Positions 54,017 through 62,723 of a stretch of 64,000 bases of DNA are shown in pieces; positions within the stretch are counted from its first letter, which is position 1; every line of letters starts with the position of its first letter. This stretch comes from an uncultured Fidelibacterota bacterium (GTDB lineage: Bacteria; Fidelibacterota; Marinisomatia; Marinisomatales; UBA1611). Under the pieces are notes generated by a model. It saw nothing but the letters and a program-made list of their open reading frames with translations. It searched no databases and was not told the DNA's origin. The stretch is from contig CAJWHW010000002.1 in assembly GCA_913040915.1 (NCBI GenBank), positions 1 to 64,000 of the forward strand. Reading direction: 5' to 3'. The translations under genes and the position numbers were made by a program.

Positions 54017-56391
54017 TTTAAAATATCTCCTAATACACCAGCAGCAGTGACTTCAGCTCCGGCACCATGTCCTTTTATAACCATGGGGGTATCTTTATAT
54101 CTTTTAGTCGTAAACATAATAAAGTTTTCACGTCCATTTTGATGATAAAAAGGGTTTTTAATTCCCACTGCTTTCAATTTCACTGTTACATTTTGCCCAT
54201 CCCAGGTGGCAATATATCGTAACGCCTTATCCTCTCTAGAAGCTGAAATATACATGTTTAAAAATTGGTCATCATATTTGGATAATTGCTCTAAAAACTC
54301 ATCAATGGAAAATGCCGGATCCATATTTTCTGGAATTAAGCTTTGAATAGATACATCATCAAACTCTAATTGTGCACCAGTCTCTCGGGCCAAAATGAGA
54401 ATTTTTCTTCCCACATCCACACCATTCAAGTCATCTCTTGGGTCTGGTTCTGTGTACCCGTTTTCCTGTGCATATTTTACCAACTTACTAAATGCAATTG
54501 AACCATCAAATCGACTGAATAAATAGCTTAGCGTCCCAGACATAATTCCTTCAATTTTTTCAACTGTATCACCTGTTGCCAATAAAGTTTGTAATGTTTC
54601 AACAATAGGGAGACCTGCGCCAACATTTGTTTCATATTTAAATTGAGAACCGGCAGCATTTGAATTTTCACGAATTAAATCATAATAATTCTGATTCATG
54701 GAATTGGCCAGTTTGCTAGCAGATACAACAGAAATTCCTTTTTTTAAAATGTTTGCTATTTTTTTTGCGATTATAGGTGATGATGTTACATCCACAAATA
54801 CGGGGTTAAGAGACTGAGCTGCATAAGAAATAAATGATTCTAAATCGACTGTATCACCACTTGCTAATTCTTCTACATAATTTTGGGAATCTAATCCATT
54901 TGGATTAATAATCATTTTTTGACTATTTATTATACCGCATATATTTATGGAATTATTATCCTGAATTAACTTTATTAAATCTGAGCCAACCAACCCAACC
55001 CCAGCAATAAATACATTTATAATAGCATTGTTTGAAAAAATATATTGATGCAAAGATCGAATGGCTGATTTGACTTCATCATTTTTAATAATAAAGGATA
55101 TATTTCTTTCCGAAGATCCTTGAGCAATAGCAACCACATTCACATTTTTTTCTCCAAGAACGGAAAATAGTTTCCCGGAAATTCCAGGTGTATGGCGCAT
55201 CCCCTCGCCTACAACAGCAATGAGAGAAAGATCATTTTCAATATTAATAGTATCTATAAAATGGTTTTTCAGTTCAAACAAAAATTCTTTCTTCAAAAGT
55301 GATTCAGCTAGATCAACTTCTTTAGGTTGGATAGCAAAACAAATGGAATGCTCGCTAAACACTTGAGATACAAGAATAATATTTATTTTCTTTTTGGCTA
55401 GTGCATCAAATACACGTCCAATAACTCCAAAACGTCCCACCATACCGGCTCCTTGGAATCGGATTAAGGAAACATTATACAAAGATGAGATACCCACGGC
55501 AAAATGGTCATCCCTTGCACGGTCCTGTGTAATAGCCGTTCCTGGATTATCCGGTTCAAATGTATTTTTAATACGGATCGGAATAGATTTATATAAAGCA
55601 GGAATCATAGTGGGTGGGAAAATAACTTTTGCCCCGGCATGAGCCAATTCCATGGCTTCTTCATAAGTAATATGAGAAATGGTTTTTGCATCAAAAACCA
55701 CATTGGGATCGGCAGACAAAATACCGTTTACATCAGTCCAGATTTCTATTTCATTTACATCTAAAGCAGCGCCAAAAATGGATGCGGTATAGTCTGAACC
55801 GCTCCTTCCAAAAGTTGTTGTTTCTCCTAATTCAGTGGCACCAATGAATCCAGTAATTATCCTTGTTTTTGATTCATCTTTCCATTCATTACGAATATTA
55901 TTGTAAGATTTTTGATAATGAACAAATGCATTTCCGAAATGATCATCTGTTAAAATAACCTTTCGCGCATCCAAATATGTTGCATTTATTCCTTTTTCGA
56001 TACATACTTCCGTAATAATTATTGCAGATAATTGCTCACCAATACTTAGTGCTGCATCTTTTAATTGCAGTGTACATTTTTTCTTTTTGGCAATTGTACT
56101 TAATATAAGACATAATTCATTTTCTATTTCTTGGATAGTATTAAACAATAGTTCTTTTTCAAGATGAAGATCATGAATAGTTTTCCGATGCCTATCAAAA
56201 AACAATTGTAAATCATTATTATAATCAGCGTCCCGTTCTGCACATGAGATTAATTGAATGAGTTGATCCGTAATGCCACCAAACGCAGATACAACTACAC
56301 CACATGGATGTTCAGATGAAATAAGCTGCACCACTTGCTCAATTCGTTGGGACGTTTTTACGGATGATCCGCCAAATTTGAGAATTTTCAT
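54007..56391 (-). CDS. thrA: Bifunctional aspartokinase/homoserine dehydrogenase
   Basis: KFGGSS, GRSGSD, two ACT domains, G.GLVG, ETNVGAGLP, EPDPRDDL. Confidence 0.96.
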   Translation of the reverse strand: MKILKFGGSSVKTSQRIEQVVQLISSEHPCGVVVSAFGGITDQLIQLISCAERDADYNNDLQLFFDRHRKTIHDLHLEKELLFNTIQEIENELCLILSTIAKKKKCTLQLKDAALSIGEQLSAIIITEVCIEKGINATYLDARKVILTDDHFGNAFVHYQKSYNNIRNEWKDESKTRIITGFIGATELGETTTFGRSGSDYTASIFGAALDVNEIEIWTDVNGILSADPNVVFDAKTISHITYEEAMELAHAGAKVIFPPTMIPALYKSIPIRIKNTFEPDNPGTAITQDRARDDHFAVGISSLYNVSLIRFQGAGMVGRFGVIGRVFDALAKKKINIILVSQVFSEHSICFAIQPKEVDLAESLLKKEFLFELKNHFIDTINIENDLSLIAVVGEGMRHTPGISGKLFSVLGEKNVNVVAIAQGSSERNISFIIKNDEVKSAIRSLHQYIFSNNAIINVFIAGVGLVGSDLIKLIQDNNSINICGIINSQKMIINPNGLDSQNYVEELASGDTVDLESFISYAAQSLNPVFVDVTSSPIIAKKIANILKKGISVVSASKLANSMNQNYYDLIRENSNAAGSQFKYETNVGAGLPIVETLQTLLATGDTVEKIEGIMSGTLSYLFSRFDGSIAFSKLVKYAQENGYTEPDPRDDLNGVDVGRKILILARETGAQLEFDDVSIQSLIPENMDPAFSIDEFLEQLSKYDDQFLNMYISASREDKALRYIATWDGQNVTVKLKAVGIKNPFYHQNGRENFIMFTTKRYKDTPMVIKGHGAGAEVTAAGVLGDILKCY

Positions 56392-56465
56392 TTTAATACT
56401 AATTAAATAGGTTTATCGTTAGTCGAAATATTACGGTTAATAAAAGTTTTACATGCTAAAAAGTG

Positions 56466-56645
56466 CTAATTGGAAATCAAAATATTACCAAATTCCTTTA
56501 ATGAGAATAGGTTCACAGCATGATCCGCATTGTTGAATATATATGATGTTGAAGAAAAAATTCGGACTGCTCTAGCGTTTGTGCCTGCCATCGGTTCCTG
56601 CCTGGTATGGAACTGTAATTTATCAAAATGATTATTATTGCACAT
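56466..56645 (-). pseudogene. metY: N-terminal remnant of O-acetylhomoserine sulfhydrylase (metY)
   Basis: 59-codon ORF MCNNNHFDKLQFHTRQEPMAGTNARAVRIFSSTSYIFNNADHAVNLFSLKEFGNILISN* with AAGGA SD; matches the MetY N-terminal pattern F.TLQLHAGQ...T.ARAVPIY.TTSY.F....HAA.LF.L.E.GNIY. Confidence 0.85.
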
Positions 56646-56786
56646 AGATATTTTTCCTTATTTTGTGTTATTTATTGGTTTGTTACTAATATTTATGAAT
56701 TAGTTATTCATAATAAATACAAAACGTAATTGATAGCTTGTTGGGATAATATGTTAGAGGGCAAGAGACATTACAGCAGTATCTGT

Positions 56787-56898
56787 CTTATCAGTCTTCT
56801 AAAAAACTCGAAGCAGGAATTAGCACCTTGAACCGCATTGTACGGAGATGGTTGCTAAGGTATCTTAGGGCCTGATCCCTCCACCTTTCTGGATAAAA
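56787..56898 (-). ncRNA. SAM-I (S-box) riboswitch
   Basis: Minus strand TTATCCAGAAAGGTGGAGGGATCAGGCCCTAAGATACCTTAGCAACC...GGTGCTAATTCC...GATAAG: P1, kink-turn P2, GCAACC and GGTGCTAA conserved; sits upstream of met/thr genes. Confidence 0.95.
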
Positions 56899-57052
56899 TC
56901 CGGTACTGATCTGTCAAAAAGCATAAAAAACTTCTTTTAAATGTTAAATATGAAAATAAAATAATGCAAGATAACATTAATATATTTAACTATACTCCAT
57001 CATTTTCTATAATTTTTTTATAAATAAAAGGAATATGATTTATATTTGAATG

Positions 57053-57081
57053 TTGCCCTTTATAAGAATTTGTTATAAACT
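57053..57081 (+). promoter_or_regulatory. Putative sigma70 promoter of the asn leader
   Basis: TTGCCC-17 nt-TAAACT, ending 11 nt before the leader ATG. Confidence 0.5.
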
Positions 57082-57092
57082 TTTAGCCAATT

Positions 57093-57176
57093 ATGAACAT
57101 ACGACGACGCCATAACCATCATCTTAACACTTTGATTAATAACAATAATAATATGAGTGGGGGCGAAGCTTTGTAA
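57093..57176 (+). CDS. Asparagine-rich leader peptide (27 aa)
   Basis: MNIRRRHNHHLNTLINNNNNMSGGEAL*; 8 Asn, 5 consecutive; directly upstream of a terminator and asnB. Confidence 0.85.
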   Translation: MNIRRRHNHHLNTLINNNNNMSGGEAL

Positions 57177-57196
57177 CCATAAGGTTAAGCTTTAAT

Positions 57197-57236
57197 AAAA
57201 ACCTCCAGGGATTTTAATTCATGGGGGTTTTTTTTT
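57197..57236 (+). terminator. Attenuator intrinsic terminator upstream of asnB
   Basis: AAAAACCTCCA...TGGGGG followed by 9 T, 23 nt before the asnB start. Confidence 0.88.
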
Positions 57237-57259
57237 ATATCAAATAAAAGGAAAAAATT

Positions 57260-58849
57260 ATGTGTGGCATATTTTTATATAAAGGTAGAAAACAAGATTG
57301 GAATTCATTGGAACCTGATATTAAACGGATTGGTTATCGCGGCCCAGATAATACACACCATGAAATGATTGGCAATGATATATTATTAGCTTTCCATCGA
57401 TTAGCTATCATGGGCACAAGTGAAATGGGCGATCAACCGATGAAACATCCCAATGATGCTTCGCTCACTCTGATCTGTAATGGTGAAATTTATAATTATA
57501 AAAATTTAGCTAAAAAATATAGCTTTAATTTGAAGACAGGCTCTGATTGTGAAATTATTTTATTCATGTTTAAACAATTTGGTATTCAAAGAACTGTAAA
57601 GGAATTAGATGGCGTTTTCATGTTCGTATTATATGAAGCAAATACTGGTCTACTTTTTGCTGGCCGGGATCCCATGGGTGTTCGTCCGGGGTTTATCGGT
57701 CGAAATGGAGATGAGATTATGATTGCATCAGAAGCAAAATCCATGGTGAATCATTCTTCAAGTATTATTCCATTTCCCCCAGGGCATTGGTGGTGTTCGA
57801 ACCTTTCAGATATATTCAATCCTTATTTTCTTTATAATAAAATCAAAATTCAAGAAAACACCGAAGAAGATATTTGTAATAAAATCCAGTTATTATTAAC
57901 AGCTGCAGTTAAGAAACGGCTTATGACAGAACGTGATATTGGGTGTTTATTATCTGGTGGTTTGGATTCGAGTTTAATTTGTGCTCTTGTGAATAAGTAT
58001 TATGAAGGACCAAAACTAAATACATTTTCTATTGGACTTGTAGGGAGCATTGACCTTGAATATGCACAAGATGTGTCCTCTCATTTGAAATCAAAACACC
58101 ACCAGATAGAAGTATCTCAAAATGAGTTTTTAGATGCAATTGAAACTGTGATTTATAATATTGAATCTTATGATACTACTACAGTCAGAGCCAGTGTAGG
58201 CAATTACCTCGTTTCAAAATATATTTCAGATAATTCTGATTGCAAGGTGATTTTTAACGGTGATGGCAGTGATGAGGTATGTTGTGGATATGTATATTTA
58301 AGGAATGCACCATCACCAGTTGATTTGCAAAAAGAAAATGAAAGGCTGGTTGAAGAGATTCATTATTTTGATGTGCTGCGCTCAGACCGCAGTATTAGTT
58401 CTAATGGTTTGGAAGCACGGACGCCTTTTTTGGATAAAACATTTGTGAAGTATTATTTATCAATTCCTGCGGAATTAAAGTTATTTGATGGGGCACAAAG
58501 ATTAGAAAAATATTTATTAAGAAAAGCTTTTGATGATCAGGGACTTTTACCAGATAAAGTTTTATGGCGTCGGAAATGTGCTTTTTCAGATGGTGTAAGT
58601 TCGCAGAATAATTCCTGGCATCATATTATCCAATCATTTGTAGACCAAAAAATTAGTGATGAAGAATTTCAGCGAGAAAGCACTAAGATCACACATTGCA
58701 CTCCTCAATTAAAAGAGAGTTATTACTATCGTAAAGTATTCAATAGCTTCTTTGAGAATCATGAGAATTTAATTCCTCATTTCTGGATGCCTAAGTGGTC
58801 CAATACGATAGACCCTTCAGCTAGAGAATTAAGTGGGTACAAAGAATAA
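57260..58849 (+). CDS. asnB: Glutamine-hydrolysing asparagine synthetase
   Basis: MCGI Ntn start, RGPD, NGEIYN, LSGGLDSS, PFLD, RRK.AFSDG, DPSAR. Confidence 0.96.
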   Translation: MCGIFLYKGRKQDWNSLEPDIKRIGYRGPDNTHHEMIGNDILLAFHRLAIMGTSEMGDQPMKHPNDASLTLICNGEIYNYKNLAKKYSFNLKTGSDCEIILFMFKQFGIQRTVKELDGVFMFVLYEANTGLLFAGRDPMGVRPGFIGRNGDEIMIASEAKSMVNHSSSIIPFPPGHWWCSNLSDIFNPYFLYNKIKIQENTEEDICNKIQLLLTAAVKKRLMTERDIGCLLSGGLDSSLICALVNKYYEGPKLNTFSIGLVGSIDLEYAQDVSSHLKSKHHQIEVSQNEFLDAIETVIYNIESYDTTTVRASVGNYLVSKYISDNSDCKVIFNGDGSDEVCCGYVYLRNAPSPVDLQKENERLVEEIHYFDVLRSDRSISSNGLEARTPFLDKTFVKYYLSIPAELKLFDGAQRLEKYLLRKAFDDQGLLPDKVLWRRKCAFSDGVSSQNNSWHHIIQSFVDQKISDEEFQRESTKITHCTPQLKESYYYRKVFNSFFENHENLIPHFWMPKWSNTIDPSARELSGYKE

Positions 58850-58944
58850 ATTATTTAATTATATTAATAATAAAATAAAATATATTTATTATTTGTTAAA
58901 TTAAATTAAATGAATAATATTATAGACAGGAAATAATTAAAATA

Positions 58945-59112
58945 ATGTACGATACTGCAATAAATAAAATTAGCATTACGGGGATGAAGCCAATTGGGCT
59001 TTGTGACCGCGAAATTCTATGCCAAATGGTTACTATATTGCAATCCATTATTCGGTACCTAAGTATATCAATTTTGGTACTTATTATTACCTTCGCCGTT
59101 TTGATCGCCTAG
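58945..59112 (+). CDS. Putative branched-chain amino-acid leader peptide (55 aa; alternative start 59026, 28 aa)
   Basis: Ends MVTILQSIIRYLSISILVLIITFAVLIA*; 16 of the last 28 residues are I/L/V; 3' end forms the arm of a 19-bp hairpin; upstream of ilv/leu operon. Confidence 0.62.
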   Translation: MYDTAINKISITGMKPIGLCDREILCQMVTILQSIIRYLSISILVLIITFAVLIA

Positions 59113-59148
59113 TTAAAACAAATACATTCAGGTGATTCAAACGGTGAA
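59092..59148 (+). promoter_or_regulatory. Long hairpin overlapping the end of the ilv leader ORF
   Basis: TTCGCCGTTTTGATCGCCT pairs with AGGTGATTCAAACGGTGAA (19 positions, 1 mismatch, 3 G-U pairs that favour the + strand). Confidence 0.7.
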
Positions 59149-59255
59149 AAAACTCTCCCCGATTAATTAGTCCATCCCTGAAGTATCTAATCTGGCAATT
59201 CGAACTGGTAAAATAGTTTGCGTAGTATTTATTGTTGCGTTGAAAAAGGGACTTG

Positions 59256-59338
59256 ATGAGTTTAGATCAAATAAAGTAGGATTTGAACATGCGTCCCACA
59301 GAAGCCCTTTGCGGGCTGCGAGCACAGTATTAAAGTAG
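59256..59338 (+). pseudogene. Probable internally deleted ilvD remnant
   Basis: After AAAGGGA SD: MSLDQIK, frameshift, VGFEHASHRSPLRA, then ASTVLK*; resembles IlvD start MRSD.IK.GFERAPHRSLLRA joined to an IlvD-like end (SAS.GAVLK). Confidence 0.6.
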
Positions 59339-59345
59339 TGGAGAC

Positions 59346-61073
59346 ATGAAAATGGAAAAACGAACTCTAACAGGAGCAGAAATTATTTGGGAATGTGTGA
59401 CTAAAGAAGATGTGGGTGTGGTTTTTGGATATCCAGGAGGTGCAATCCTACCGGCATATGATGCTTTGAATAATTATCGGGATAAAATTCACCATGTGTT
59501 AGTGCGCCATGAACAGGGCGCGACACATATGGCTGATGGGTATGCACGTGCTAGTGGAAATGTGGGGGTAGCTATAGCGACATCAGGACCAGGAGCAACC
59601 AATATGGTCACAGGTTTGGCTACTGCAAAATTAGATTCTGTCCCCATTGTATGTATTACAGGTCAAGTTCCCCGGACTGCCATTGGATCAGATGCGTTTC
59701 AAGAAGTAGATATTTATGGTACAGTTTTTCCGGTGACAAAACATAGTTATTTAGTTATGGATATAAAAGACTTGGCCCCAACTATTAAGGAAGCATTTGC
59801 AGTGGCACGTTCCGGTAGGCCTGGTCCGGTTCTGATTGATATCCCTAAAGATATCCAAACTGAAACAATAGAATTTATTTATCCCAGTGAGCCTGTGAGA
59901 TTGCCGGGAAATAATAAACTACAAATCTCCACTGAAAAACAAATTAACGATGCAATCAACTTAATAAATAATGCAAAAAAACCAGTTATTCTTGCAGGAC
60001 ATGGTATTCTTCTATCTGGCGCTTCTCGAGAAGTGATAAAATTGGCAGAAACTGCATCAATTCCCATTGGCTGGACTTTATTGGGTTCAGGAAGTGTCCC
60101 TGCCAGCCACCCACTGAATATGGGTATGATGGGCATGCATGGCGAATTTGCAGTGAATAATGCGATCCAAGATGCGGATCTATTAATTGCCTGTGGAATG
60201 CGTTTTGATGATCGTGTTACAGGTAATGTAAAAACCTATTCACCCAATTCAAAAAAAATTCACATTGAAATTGATCCATCAGAAATCAATAAGAATGTCC
60301 CTGCCGATGTAGGTATTGCCGGAGATCTACGAACTATTTTACTTCAACTTCTTCCGTTGGTAAAACAACGGAAAAATGAAGACTGGCTTAAAATAATTTC
60401 TTCTTGGCAATCTGAATCTATGGAAAGAGATATCATCAATGTCCAAACAGATACCCTCTACGGGGCCCAAGTGATTCGTGATATCTGGAAAGAGACCAGG
60501 GGTGATGCGCTTATTGTAACAGATGTAGGCCAGCACCAAATGCTTGAAGCACAGTATTATGCTCATGAAGAGCCCAACACATTATTAACCTCTGGTGGTT
60601 TGGGGACGATGGGTTTCAGTTTACCGGCGGCAATAGGTGCTAGTTTCACAAATAGAAATAAAGATATTTGGGTTATTGTCGGAGATGGTAGTATCCAGAT
60701 GACAATTACTGAATTGGCTACTGCAGTACAAGAGAATGCTAATATAAAAATTGCCATAATTAATAATGGTTACTTGGGCATGGTTCGTCAGTGGCAGCAG
60801 CTATTTTATGATGCCCGTTATGCTGAAACACCCATTAGTAGCCCCGATTATTTAAAGATTTCAGAGGCGTATGGTCTGCCAGGCCATAGGGTACAAACCC
60901 GTGCTGAGATTCCTAATGTAATTAATATGGCAAAAAAAAATGAAGGCCCCGTCCTTATAGAGTTTGTAGTGGAGCAACATGATATGGTTTATCCTATGGT
61001 GCCAGCTGGCGCTGATTTGAATGCTATGATCAACAGGCCGAAAAATAAGCAATTTCAAGAAATAGAAGAATAA
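59346..61073 (+). CDS. ilvB: Acetolactate synthase large subunit
   Basis: FGYPGGA, RHEQGA.HMADGY, TSGPGATN, RFDDR, GDGS..M...E, GMVRQWQ. Confidence 0.97.
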   Translation: MKMEKRTLTGAEIIWECVTKEDVGVVFGYPGGAILPAYDALNNYRDKIHHVLVRHEQGATHMADGYARASGNVGVAIATSGPGATNMVTGLATAKLDSVPIVCITGQVPRTAIGSDAFQEVDIYGTVFPVTKHSYLVMDIKDLAPTIKEAFAVARSGRPGPVLIDIPKDIQTETIEFIYPSEPVRLPGNNKLQISTEKQINDAINLINNAKKPVILAGHGILLSGASREVIKLAETASIPIGWTLLGSGSVPASHPLNMGMMGMHGEFAVNNAIQDADLLIACGMRFDDRVTGNVKTYSPNSKKIHIEIDPSEINKNVPADVGIAGDLRTILLQLLPLVKQRKNEDWLKIISSWQSESMERDIINVQTDTLYGAQVIRDIWKETRGDALIVTDVGQHQMLEAQYYAHEEPNTLLTSGGLGTMGFSLPAAIGASFTNRNKDIWVIVGDGSIQMTITELATAVQENANIKIAIINNGYLGMVRQWQQLFYDARYAETPISSPDYLKISEAYGLPGHRVQTRAEIPNVINMAKKNEGPVLIEFVVEQHDMVYPMVPAGADLNAMINRPKNKQFQEIEE

Positions 61074-61088
61074 AGGAATTAATAAGTA

Positions 61089-61640
61089 ATGAAGCAAACC
61101 TTAATCGTATTTGTTCAGGATGAGCCTGGCGTATTAAATAGGATCTCCAGTCATATCCGACGGCGAAACTTTAATATTGAAAGTCTGGTGGCAGGCCGGA
61201 CCGAAAAGAAAGGTATTACCAGAATGACCGTTGTGTTAAATGAACCTGACCAAACCAAACAACGGATTGTAGTCAATAGTTTAAAACAACTTATTGATGT
61301 ATATGATGTAATTGATGCGACCAAAATTGAAAGCCATATACGAGAATATGCATTGGTTAAAGTTGCCATAAAGAAAAATGATTTGGCAGATGTGGAAAAA
61401 GTAGTTAAAAGTATTCATGGTAATATTATTGAAAGTAGTGATGATGCTACCATCTTTGAATTGACGGGTTATGAAGAAGAAGTAGAATTAGCAATTTCGC
61501 AACTTGAGCGATATAACGTATTAGAAATTGTTCGTTCAGGGAAAGTAGCCATGGCTTCCGGTAATTACGCGGAAAATCAGCCTGAGTTAAACAAGACAGA
61601 ACCAAATTGGTCAACCCGTAGAATTCTGGAATCCTTTTAA
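61089..61640 (+). CDS. ilvN: Acetolactate synthase small regulatory subunit
   Basis: PGVL.RI....RR.FNIESL ACT domain; E..L.KV; E.VRSG. Confidence 0.95.
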   Translation: MKQTLIVFVQDEPGVLNRISSHIRRRNFNIESLVAGRTEKKGITRMTVVLNEPDQTKQRIVVNSLKQLIDVYDVIDATKIESHIREYALVKVAIKKNDLADVEKVVKSIHGNIIESSDDATIFELTGYEEEVELAISQLERYNVLEIVRSGKVAMASGNYAENQPELNKTEPNWSTRRILESF

Positions 61641-61672
61641 CAAAAGCTTTGAATTAAATCTTTGGAGACAAA

Positions 61673-62716
61673 ATGAAAGAATTAAATATTAATGGATATT
61701 CTGAAACCATTATTGAACGGTCAGATTTTCCACAAGAAAAATGTAAAGCTATATTAAAAGATGAAGTTACAGCCATCCTTGGATATGGCCCACAAGGTTA
61801 TGGTCAAGGAATGAATATGCGTGATCAGGGGTATAATGTCATCTTGGGGCTACGCCGCGGACTTAGTTGGGATAAGGCTTTAAGTGATGGATGGCTGGAA
61901 GGTGAAAATCTTTTTGAAATTTCTGATGCCGCAAAGCGAGGGACTATAATTCAATTTCTACTTTCTGATGCTGGACAAATTCAAGCATGGCCTACAGTTA
62001 AAGAGCACTTGAACGAAGGTGATGCTCTTTATTTTTCACACGGTTTCGGTGTTGTCTTTAATGATCACACTAATATTGTTACACCAGATAATATAGATGT
62101 AATGCTCGTAGCTCCCAAAGGTAGCGGTTTAACAGTGCGAACGCATTTTAAATCGGGACGCGGAATTAATGCTTCATTTGCAATCCATCAGGATTTTACA
62201 GGTAAGGCTAGAGACCGTTGTATTGCAACAGCATTTGCAATAGGCTCAGGGCATTTATTCGAAACGACTTTTGAAAAGGAAGTCCATAGTGATTTGACTG
62301 GTGAAAGATGTGTATTAATGGGACTTCTTCAAGGAGCCTTTTTAGCACAATATGAAGTCTTACGTGAAAATGGACATTCTCCATCTGAGGCTTATAATGA
62401 AACGATCGAAGAAGCATTACAAAGTCTTTATCCGCTGGTAGCAGAAAATGGTATGGATTGGATGTATGCAAATTGCTCTACAACAGCTCAGCGTGGAGCT
62501 TTGGATTGGGCACCCAAATTCAGAGATACCTTAAAACCAGTTATTGAAGAATGTTATCAAAAAGTATTGAGCGGCGAAGAAGCCAAACGTGCAATTGAAT
62601 CCAACTCAAAATTAGATTACAGGGAGACACTGGAAAAAGAATTAGCTGCAATTAATGATCAGGAAATGTGGGTTGCTGGAAAGGAATTACGGCAATTGCG
62701 CCCAGAGAATCTCTAA
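61673..62716 (+). CDS. ilvC: Ketol-acid reductoisomerase (Bacteroides/fungal Ilv5-like type)
   Basis: GYGPQG, LLSDAGQ, FSHGF, APKGSG, SDLTGER, CSTTAQRGALDW. Confidence 0.96.
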   Translation: MKELNINGYSETIIERSDFPQEKCKAILKDEVTAILGYGPQGYGQGMNMRDQGYNVILGLRRGLSWDKALSDGWLEGENLFEISDAAKRGTIIQFLLSDAGQIQAWPTVKEHLNEGDALYFSHGFGVVFNDHTNIVTPDNIDVMLVAPKGSGLTVRTHFKSGRGINASFAIHQDFTGKARDRCIATAFAIGSGHLFETTFEKEVHSDLTGERCVLMGLLQGAFLAQYEVLRENGHSPSEAYNETIEEALQSLYPLVAENGMDWMYANCSTTAQRGALDWAPKFRDTLKPVIEECYQKVLSGEEAKRAIESNSKLDYRETLEKELAAINDQEMWVAGKELRQLRPENL

Positions 62717-62723
62717 TCATATT

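Noticed and set aside
57093..57176. Leader read as a His or Arg attenuator (RRRHNHH)
   Set aside because: The longest run, nearest the antiterminator, is Asn and the downstream gene is asnB; a secondary role for His/Arg codons is not excluded.
59171..59338. 55-codon open frame upstream of ilvB as an independent gene
   Set aside because: No ATG start in frame; its 3' part is better explained as an ilvD remnant.
58850..59345. T-box riboswitch upstream of ilvB
   Set aside because: No AAnnnGGTGGnACC T-box motif or specifier stem found.
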